Below, one piece after another: positions 38,164 through 45,763 of a stretch of 61,543 nt of DNA. The translations under genes were made by a program, and so were the position numbers. The first letter of the stretch is position 1. Each line of letters starts with the position of its first letter. The notes under the pieces were generated by a model. That model was not told the origin of the DNA and made no database searches. It saw only the letters and a program-made list of their open reading frames with translations. Source of the DNA: Candidatus Collierbacteria bacterium UBA2277 (GTDB taxonomy: Bacteria > Patescibacteriota > Microgenomatia > UBA1400 > MFAQ01); the NCBI GenBank assembly GCA_002347045.1, contig DDWV01000001.1, positions 553,201 to 614,743 of the forward strand. The letters run 5' to 3'.

Positions 38164-40020
38164 CTAGACTGTTTGTTGTTTATTACGAGCCTCGAGAATC
38201 TCTGAAGGTTTACTTGTAGCAAGAGCGTGCTCATCAGGAGATGATATCACTCTTATGGCAACATGATTTTGACCGGCAAAGAAAATCCCTTCACCAACAC
38301 CGGCTGAAAGAAGAAGTTGTTTTTCTCCTTGTGAAAGGAAGAATACTTCTGATATTTGATTGATTGCAGCTGATGATTGTTTGAGAAGAATTTTTAGTGC
38401 TGAGTTAGTAATTATTGCTTTACCGTAAGGAGAAGCTAAAAAATCATCAACGTTTTGAGAAATAACAGTGACTCCAAGATAGTATTTTCGAGCCCTTTTG
38501 ACAAAGCCTTGAAGTATTTTGGCTGAGTCTTCGTAGCGCATGAGATACCAAGCCTCGTCGACGATAAGCATACGTTTGCGTAGATCTTTTCTAGTTTGAG
38601 TCCAGACGAAGTCTAGAATCATAAACATAACAATGGGTCGAATTTCATCGGCAAGATCTCGAAGTGAAAAAACAGTAACAGGAGCATCGATGTTTATATT
38701 TGATTGTTGGTCAAAGATGCCTTTAATAGCACCCATGACGAAACGCTCAAGTCTGGCTGAAAGTACTTTGGCTGTTGGATCTTCCATACCAATAAGGGCT
38801 CTATATAGATCTTCCATGCGAGGAGGTTCTTGGATGTGAGTTGTGGGATCTTCAGTGATGTTTTTTTGACGATAAGTAAGAACAAGAGCGCGGTTCATCG
38901 TGGCTGCTTCCATAGGACCCATTTCGCCAATCATGATCTTGAGAAGAGACATGAGGAAGAGATATTTGTATCCCATTTCATCTTCGGTACTTTCTTGGGG
39001 TCTGGCAATTTGAAATGGATTTATTTTGTTTGGAGATGTTACTGAAAATGAAATATAGTTTCCTCCAACTGCTTTTGTAACCATTTCATATTCATTTTCT
39101 GGGTCGAGAATAATTATTTGAGTGTCGAACATAAGAGAACGAAGAATCTCAAGCTTGATGGCATAAGATTTTCCTGCTCCAGAAGTGGCTAAAACTAGCA
39201 TATTGGCGTTTTCTAGCGAGAAACGATCGAAAATAACTAATGAGTCGTTGTGGGCATTGATGCCGTAGAGAATACCTTGGTTGTCTGAGAGTTCTGAAGA
39301 AGTAAAAGGGAATGTTGTAGAGAGAGCTGTCGTGTCCATGTTTCTGGTAATCATTAGTTTGTCTTTACAGTAAGGAAGAGTGGTTTTGAAGGCATCTTCC
39401 ATTGAAAGAGAAGCTATTTTACTAATGATTAGAAGAGAGGCAAGCATGCTTTGAACTTGGGCTGTGACGGTGTTGAGCTCTTTTTCGGACTCTGCAGAGA
39501 TACTGATATAAAGAGAGAATTGAAAGAATCTTTCGGCACCTTTTACAAGTTGAGCTTGAAGGGTTTTTGCATCTTCGAGAGCTGCTTCTGTGGCAGCTTG
39601 GGGAATACGACCCCTTTCGATGTCGGTGTTTATTTCGGCTTCCATTTCTGCTAGACGACGTCTTAGACTGTCGAGAGTGTCTTTTGAGTCACTGGGATAA
39701 ACGTACATGGAGATATCAAGAGAGTGATTGAAGTTTATGAGTGGAGCAAGCCAGTTGGCTGAGACATAGCGAGGGTAACCAGTGACAAACAGAGTGCGGA
39801 CATAGTTATCATCGATTTTAACGTGAGAGAAATCTACTTCAATAGCTGATGGAGCAATGACATCTTGAATTGAAGTGGCTGTAGCAGTGTCCTTTATGGC
39901 TGAAAGAGGAGCTCGGGGTTTTTCTTGTGGTGTGTAGGTAGCATTTGAAGAATTCTCTTTTGTTGGGGCTGGGTTTGGATCCTTGGCCTTTTTGCCAAGT
40001 GAAAATAGATTGAGGGCCAT
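38164..40020 (-). CDS. virB4: VirB4/TrbE/PrgJ-type type IV secretion ATPase
   Basis: Walker A VLATSGAGKSYAIK and Walker B MLIVDEAWYLM. The N-terminal domain pattern is IAPSAIEVDFSHVKIDDNYVRTLFVTGYP. It lies adjacent to the PrgI-like gene. Confidence 0.85.
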   Translation of the reverse strand: MALNLFSLGKKAKDPNPAPTKENSSNATYTPQEKPRAPLSAIKDTATATSIQDVIAPSAIEVDFSHVKIDDNYVRTLFVTGYPRYVSANWLAPLINFNHSLDISMYVYPSDSKDTLDSLRRRLAEMEAEINTDIERGRIPQAATEAALEDAKTLQAQLVKGAERFFQFSLYISISAESEKELNTVTAQVQSMLASLLIISKIASLSMEDAFKTTLPYCKDKLMITRNMDTTALSTTFPFTSSELSDNQGILYGINAHNDSLVIFDRFSLENANMLVLATSGAGKSYAIKLEILRSLMFDTQIIILDPENEYEMVTKAVGGNYISFSVTSPNKINPFQIARPQESTEDEMGYKYLFLMSLLKIMIGEMGPMEAATMNRALVLTYRQKNITEDPTTHIQEPPRMEDLYRALIGMEDPTAKVLSARLERFVMGAIKGIFDQQSNINIDAPVTVFSLRDLADEIRPIVMFMILDFVWTQTRKDLRKRMLIVDEAWYLMRYEDSAKILQGFVKRARKYYLGVTVISQNVDDFLASPYGKAIITNSALKILLKQSSAAINQISEVFFLSQGEKQLLLSAGVGEGIFFAGQNHVAIRVISSPDEHALATSKPSEILEARNKQQTV

Positions 40021-40049
40021 AGTTTAAGTATAACCGAAGTAAGATGTTT

Positions 40050-40703
40050 TTAGGAATTTATCCCAGGATTGATCTGAGCTGGTGCGACGGTGCTTGAGCC
40101 TTGATTGTAGATAAGATAAAAAAGAGTAACCAGTTCACTGGTTGTGAGTTGAGATGCTTTGAGCCCGATACGAGCAAACTGGCGAATAATATGATCTCTT
40201 CGAGGATAGAGCGCAGAGGCAGCTTTTTCTTCGATGTAGACGAGATCAAATGGAGGTTTTTGGGGAGCTTTTGCAAAAGGATTGAAGGACGCTTTGGAGA
40301 GTCCTAATTCAATGTAGGAAAAAGGAATGATAATGTAGAACTTCTTTTCTAGAACACGATTGTCTTTGACAAGGGATTTAACAAATTGACGGTAAGTAAG
40401 AAGCTGTTCCTTGATTTTTTGAGAATGAATTGTCTGGATTCGAGTGTCGATAAGATTGAGGTAGTCTGAGATATTTTTCCTCTGTGAACGAATGAGAATT
40501 TGTACAGAAAAGGAAAGTGAGTTGAGTAAGCCAGCATATGCGTAGATTGTGGCATCTTGTTCTTCTTCGGAAAGGAGGTTGAAGTTTATAGCTGTGGTTT
40601 TTAGAACTAGAGCAGCTGAACCATCTTTTAGAAAGACGAGGTGATCTTTGATGGCGTAGATATCGAGATGTTCTTGTGTGGAGGCTTTGACGTTGTTTGA
40701 CAT
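40050..40703 (-). CDS. soluble 217-aa protein resembling the N-terminal (pre-ATPase) domain of VirB4-type proteins (hypothetical)
   Basis: LDIYAIKDHLVFLKDGSAALVLKTTAINFNLLSEEEQDATIYAYAGLLNSLSFSVQILIRS follows the layout seen at the start of Gram-positive VirB4 homologues. There is no P-loop. Confidence 0.4.
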   Translation of the reverse strand: MSNNVKASTQEHLDIYAIKDHLVFLKDGSAALVLKTTAINFNLLSEEEQDATIYAYAGLLNSLSFSVQILIRSQRKNISDYLNLIDTRIQTIHSQKIKEQLLTYRQFVKSLVKDNRVLEKKFYIIIPFSYIELGLSKASFNPFAKAPQKPPFDLVYIEEKAASALYPRRDHIIRQFARIGLKASQLTTSELVTLFYLIYNQGSSTVAPAQINPGINS

Positions 40704-41573
40704 TTAATGAGCTTGAATTTTTAAAGGTTTGACAATGTCTCCGGTAAGTTCGAGTGAGTAAGGAGTGAAAGTGAAACCATCTTTTTCGGCAAGAATTTGA
40801 TAGAGACCAGAGTCTAGGGGGCGAGCAAACATAAATTGACCGAGTTTGTTGCTTTTGGTGGCACGAAGAGTGAGATTGTTTTTCTTTATTTCTACTAGGA
40901 CTCCATCAAGAATGTGGGAGGTTGGGGTAAGAGTAAGGCCGACTAAGGTGTTTGGAGTAGTAGGTGTAAAAGGAATGGGGAGATTTGTGGTTGGGGTTGT
41001 TGGAGCGGGAGTGGAAGGTGCTTCTGCTATGGAGGTAGAAGCCTCTTTTGGATAAGAATCTTCTTTAGGTGTAGGAATTTCGGGAGTTTTTACTTCTGGA
41101 GAGTCTTCTTTTACTGTAATAGGTTCTTGGTTTTGGTGAATAACAGGAGTGTTTTTGGGTGGAGTGATGGAGATGGGTGATGCTTGAGTAATTTGAATAG
41201 AAGCATTGGAGACTGGTTGGGTAACTGCTTGATTGCTTTCTTTTGAAGGGACGGCTGTTTCTTGATTTGAAACAGTAGCCACAGTGCGTTTCCAGATGTA
41301 CTGTGTGGGTGAATAGATGGACTTAATGAAGGCTATCATCCAGATATCAAGAGATCTGCCTTGAATAGGAACAAAAGCCATACCGATACCGAGCAAAACA
41401 AAAGCTAGAACAAGGGGATATTTGAAAAAGAAAGGTATTGGAAGGCTGTAGACGATAATGGCAAAAATAACACAGATACCTAAAGAAGCAAACTGTTTGA
41501 TAGTCATGTCGCCAATGAGCCTGAAGCGATAGCTACTGATGTCTTGGGGAAGTGGGTGCTGTTGAATGGCCAT
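40704..41573 (-). CDS. PrgI/VirB3-like membrane protein with a Pro/Thr linker and a C-terminal carboxypeptidase-regulatory-like beta-sandwich
   Basis: PQDISSYRFRLIGDMTIKQFASLG plus two TM segments is the PrgI-family pattern. The C-terminus LDGVLVEIKK...SNKLGQFMFARPLDSGLYQILAEKDGFTF is CarboxypepD_reg-like. Confidence 0.6.
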   Translation of the reverse strand: MAIQQHPLPQDISSYRFRLIGDMTIKQFASLGICVIFAIIVYSLPIPFFFKYPLVLAFVLLGIGMAFVPIQGRSLDIWMIAFIKSIYSPTQYIWKRTVATVSNQETAVPSKESNQAVTQPVSNASIQITQASPISITPPKNTPVIHQNQEPITVKEDSPEVKTPEIPTPKEDSYPKEASTSIAEAPSTPAPTTPTTNLPIPFTPTTPNTLVGLTLTPTSHILDGVLVEIKKNNLTLRATKSNKLGQFMFARPLDSGLYQILAEKDGFTFTPYSLELTGDIVKPLKIQAH

Positions 41574-41599
41574 AGTGTCTGTGTACTAGTATAGCGAAT

Positions 41600-41630
41600 T
41601 TGTGGAATAAAGGGAGATTGATGATATAAT
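41600..41630 (+). promoter_or_regulatory. candidate promoter of the 731-aa gene
   Basis: Extended -10 TGATATAAT (TATAAT at 41625-41630), with a weak -35-like TTGTGG 19 nt upstream. Confidence 0.35.
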
Positions 41631-41671
41631 TTGGACAGTTATAGGATTGAATTAATTTAATTTAAAGACAT

Positions 41672-43867
41672 ATGCCAGAAAACGAACAACGAGGAAATTT
41701 CCAATATAGTGAAAGAATACAGAGAATGATTGACAAGAATAATGGAATTATTCCTGGAGTAGGTCAGGTGGAAGTATCTCAAACTGAAATTAACACAGAA
41801 GAAATCCAAAGAAAAAAACAAATTGGTGAAGACTTGAAATTTGTATTGGAAAAAGTAAAAAAAGAGGTGAGAAATAATCCTGATTTGAATGATAAATATA
41901 GAAAAGATCTTAATGAATCAAAGTCAAGATTAAAGGGAGAAGACATTGATGTGGATGCTTATATAAGAGAAGGATATAATGTTTCGAGAGAAGGGAATGA
42001 AGAGCTAGGAAGAAGAAAGGGAGTTTTGATGGGTATAATTGAGAAAATGAAAGATGGAGGTGAGTTGAGTGAAGGTGAAAAAGTAATTATCGATAAAATT
42101 GGTTTGAAAAATGAGGATATTTTGGTGAAGCAAGAAGAACCAAAAGCAGCTGCTACAGTAGATGTTGAGATTGAAGAAGAAAAAACAACTACTCAAAAAA
42201 GTGAAAGAGAACCTTTAGCTGTTGCAAATGAAACTAGGAAATCTATAGAAACAGTGTTTTCAGAAGAAGAAGAAGCAAAAATAATTCAACAGTGTTTGAA
42301 TTTGATATTTATTCAATCTGTAGAAAGCGAACAAAAGTTGAGAAAATCTCTTTTGGAAGACTATATTCAAGAAGAACTTAGACCAGGTGAAGATGTTCAT
42401 TATAGTAGAAGATTGATAGAGAAAATGGACAAACTTAAACTTTCAAATTGGATAGATATGAGAAATACGGTTAGTTATTGGGGTGAGTTTAAAAATACTG
42501 AAGATATAGTTCCATCTACAATCACAAAAAAGTTGTTTTTAGATCCTACTACTGAGAATTTTTTTGCAATTGGTGTCTGTGAAATTCCTTTTAAAAATGG
42601 AAACTCTGTGAAATTACGAAGGGTTGACATGGGGAAAGAGATAGGCAGTGCGATGAGGAAGTTGCATTCTTTTTTTGAAAGTGGTCCAGATTATTGGCTG
42701 TATGTAAACAGTGAGAGTTCCGAGAGAGCTAAGTTATATGAGGAACAAGGTATAGATAGTAAGTATGTTGGTGAAGCTGCTTTTTCTTTGTTGTTAACTT
42801 ATCAAATGCTTACTAAGTATAGTAAAGAAGATTATCTTGGAATGATGGTAAGTCAATCTCCAGGGAGAATTAGAAGATATACGAAATCTGGAGATGATGC
42901 TTTTGTAAGAATGTTGGTACAGGATGATTTGGCTAACCGAGGAGATTTGTTTAAAAGTTCAGACACAGATAAAAGGGATTCTGATATTGAGAGAACGAAA
43001 ATAATGCTTAGAAATCTTTTGTCAGATCAACTTATACCTACAGGATTATCTAATGGTGGTGAAGAAGCTTTGGAAAATGGAACATGGCCTGTGTGGAGAA
43101 ATGAAAAATATTATCCAGCAAGTCAAATAGGGATTGATAGGGCTGCTGGTAAAGAAGCAAAGAAAGCAAATGATCAAGAAACTAGAATCGCAATGATGAA
43201 ATCTGCCTTGAATATATTACAAGGAATTAAAGATTTGCAGAAACCTGATACCAATGTTTCACAGTTAGGTTTATTGGTTGGAAAATTATATGCACATGTA
43301 AATGGAAGTTTGCGAGATGCTAATTGGCTTGATAAAGCTGATCCAAACAATCCAGAGAGTGAATTATTATTACCAGCAGAGATGTGTTTTTCAGATCCAA
43401 ACAATCCAGAAAGAATGAAAGCGTGTACACCAAAAGATTGGGTGTCAAGAAATATGTTGGCTGTATGTGAAATGGTTGTTTACTCGCACAGTATTGTAGA
43501 CCATATGAATCCAAAACCATGGAGTTCTTTTGATTTTGTGAATAATGTTGAACAGATGTTTTCAATTGATGCTCAGTCTGATAAACCTTTTTTTATAGGA
43601 ATGGATAGTGAAACGCGAAAGAGGTATAGAATGGATTTATTGAACTATGCGGATAAAATTTGGAGTTATTCGTACGAAATAGCTGAAAAGGTTAGAAAGA
43701 GTGGTAATAATCCAAATGGTTTCTTTAATAAATTTCCTTCTTGGTGGTCAAACAAGGTAAGTGTGAACGCTGATGTTTACAAAGTAGCTGCAAATTTTAG
43801 AGAAGCCGGTGGAAAATGGTTGTCTGTTTCAGACAGAATCAAAAAAAATATCAAGAAAGGTTACTAA
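41672..43867 (+). CDS. 731-aa soluble orphan protein (hypothetical)
   Basis: Long ORF with no TM segments and no motif I recognise, with a K/E-rich N-terminal third. It is the only plus-strand gene inside the T4SS-like block. Confidence 0.6.
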   Translation: MPENEQRGNFQYSERIQRMIDKNNGIIPGVGQVEVSQTEINTEEIQRKKQIGEDLKFVLEKVKKEVRNNPDLNDKYRKDLNESKSRLKGEDIDVDAYIREGYNVSREGNEELGRRKGVLMGIIEKMKDGGELSEGEKVIIDKIGLKNEDILVKQEEPKAAATVDVEIEEEKTTTQKSEREPLAVANETRKSIETVFSEEEEAKIIQQCLNLIFIQSVESEQKLRKSLLEDYIQEELRPGEDVHYSRRLIEKMDKLKLSNWIDMRNTVSYWGEFKNTEDIVPSTITKKLFLDPTTENFFAIGVCEIPFKNGNSVKLRRVDMGKEIGSAMRKLHSFFESGPDYWLYVNSESSERAKLYEEQGIDSKYVGEAAFSLLLTYQMLTKYSKEDYLGMMVSQSPGRIRRYTKSGDDAFVRMLVQDDLANRGDLFKSSDTDKRDSDIERTKIMLRNLLSDQLIPTGLSNGGEEALENGTWPVWRNEKYYPASQIGIDRAAGKEAKKANDQETRIAMMKSALNILQGIKDLQKPDTNVSQLGLLVGKLYAHVNGSLRDANWLDKADPNNPESELLLPAEMCFSDPNNPERMKACTPKDWVSRNMLAVCEMVVYSHSIVDHMNPKPWSSFDFVNNVEQMFSIDAQSDKPFFIGMDSETRKRYRMDLLNYADKIWSYSYEIAEKVRKSGNNPNGFFNKFPSWWSNKVSVNADVYKVAANFREAGGKWLSVSDRIKKNIKKGY

Positions 43868-45708
43868 GGGTTTGTTACCTGAGTAGCCTTTTCCATAGCT
43901 TTTGGTATGCTTGTTCCTCCTGGTCTGCCAAATAGAGTGGGGTCCTCACCTGGGGAACTTGAATGATAGGCTTGTCGAGCTTGATTTCCAAAGAATCCTC
44001 TTGGTAGCTTACCTGCATAGTCATTTTTTGCCCAAATATCATTAATATTTGCTCCATACTTAAGGGCTTCGCCTATGGCTGTACCATACTTGAATGGAGG
44101 TACTTTTAGGGCGTCTTTGACCATATCGACATATTTGGCGGACATAAGGAGAAGACCAATTCCCATGAGAGCAAAAAGACCACGAGCGTTGAAGCCTCCG
44201 ATCAATCCTGGTGCTATGTTGAGTGGTGTTGGAGCAAGAATTGGAATGCCTCCCATATTTGCTTCGCCTATGTTTACTAGACTTTTTACACCAAAAATAA
44301 CTTCGCAGGCAGTGAAACTATCTGCACCTTGCGGATTTCCAAAAAAATTTCGTACTATATCACCACCTGTTTCACATATGCTTAGAACTGGCTGGACCAT
44401 AAGCATGTATGAAAAAAGTAAAAGTATCATAGTAACAGGGAAAACTGAGAGGTTTGCAACGATTCCTCTAATCCAAGTGCCAATGGCTGTGGAGCCTGGG
44501 AAGGCATTACCAAGTAAAACAAGTGGTCCAGTAATGAGAGATATTACGACAGAAATAAATGAACTGACTAGTTTGAAAAGAAGTTTTACGTAAGAAATAC
44601 CTACGGCAATTAATATAATAATATTAATAAGAGTACTGATGCCTACAAAATAACCTGCGACCAATCCTACTGAAGCTCCAACTCCTCCGAAAATAAGATT
44701 TAGAACTCCAAAAATTGCTGCTGGTCCAGAGTATATGGCATTGAGAACAAAGGATCCCATTATGCCACTTATAGCATTTCCTGAGGCTATGTATGCTGGT
44801 CTCCACACAGAACTTAAAAAAGTGGTTCGGTAGGCAATTAGGTGTTGAGAACCAAGATAGCTAAAAATAAAATAGATAGCGACCCACATAAAGTCGTATA
44901 TAAGACCGACAATAGCGTAGGAGAATGTAATAATAAGCAAAGTAATAATAAGTTTAGGAATGGCTAGCTGAATTGAAATAACTGTTTTTTGGCCTAGATT
45001 GACTCTAAACATCATCATAAAACCATAAACGATAAAGAAAATTACTAAAATTAGGTAAGCCATGTTGCGGAAAGCAATCCATATTTGAAGGAAAGGACTA
45101 AAAGTGTCAAAACCGATTCCTGTAGAGGTAGCGGTGGGTTTTGCTGCATAGGAATCTGGAATGATTTTGTGTTTTTGTAAGTTTGAATTAACATGGGCAA
45201 GGTATGACACCGTAGAGGCTGGTCTGGTTTGAAGTATTGATCCGATGAGATTACCTGTTTGGCCGACAAGACCGCTGTGTTGATTGGAAAAAAGTTCTTG
45301 TCTAGCACTGTTAATGGCAATGGTTTCTTCTTCTTTAGTCGAGTAACTTTGAGACTTAAGATTTTCCAAAACTTTTATAAGAGTGCCTGAGAAAGTAGTG
45401 CCAGGTTTTTTTACACCAGCAAGTCTTTCTCCTAGATCTAAGAAAACGATATCGGAAAAACCAACTGCGTCACCGCTAAAAGTATCGTCGGCACATTTGC
45501 CTGAGTACCAGGTTTCTAGATTCATTTGGTTTCCTGTGCGTTTCTCACAGAAGTCTTGGAGACTTTTTTCTAGAGTGCCGTCGGCATTCATTGCATTATC
45601 TAGTTCTTCAAGGGGATTAAGGTCGATTGCAAGAGTTTGAGGTGCAAAAAAGAGAGGAAGAAAGAGGATAGAAATAGTGACAAATAGTGGTGAAAGTCGA
45701 CGTAGCAT
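43864..45708 (-). CDS. VirB6/TrbL-like polytopic membrane protein with an N-terminal secreted domain
   Basis: Signal peptide (LFFAPQTLA/IDL), an exodomain of about 190 aa, then at least 8 hydrophobic segments. It is the last gene of the pilin operon. Confidence 0.55.
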   Translation of the reverse strand: MLRRLSPLFVTISILFLPLFFAPQTLAIDLNPLEELDNAMNADGTLEKSLQDFCEKRTGNQMNLETWYSGKCADDTFSGDAVGFSDIVFLDLGERLAGVKKPGTTFSGTLIKVLENLKSQSYSTKEEETIAINSARQELFSNQHSGLVGQTGNLIGSILQTRPASTVSYLAHVNSNLQKHKIIPDSYAAKPTATSTGIGFDTFSPFLQIWIAFRNMAYLILVIFFIVYGFMMMFRVNLGQKTVISIQLAIPKLIITLLIITFSYAIVGLIYDFMWVAIYFIFSYLGSQHLIAYRTTFLSSVWRPAYIASGNAISGIMGSFVLNAIYSGPAAIFGVLNLIFGGVGASVGLVAGYFVGISTLINIIILIAVGISYVKLLFKLVSSFISVVISLITGPLVLLGNAFPGSTAIGTWIRGIVANLSVFPVTMILLLFSYMLMVQPVLSICETGGDIVRNFFGNPQGADSFTACEVIFGVKSLVNIGEANMGGIPILAPTPLNIAPGLIGGFNARGLFALMGIGLLLMSAKYVDMVKDALKVPPFKYGTAIGEALKYGANINDIWAKNDYAGKLPRGFFGNQARQAYHSSSPGEDPTLFGRPGGTSIPKAMEKATQVTNP

Positions 45709-45763
45709 ATCAGAAATGATTATACATGAATGAGAGGGGTAAGGGCGAAAAGATTTGATGTAT

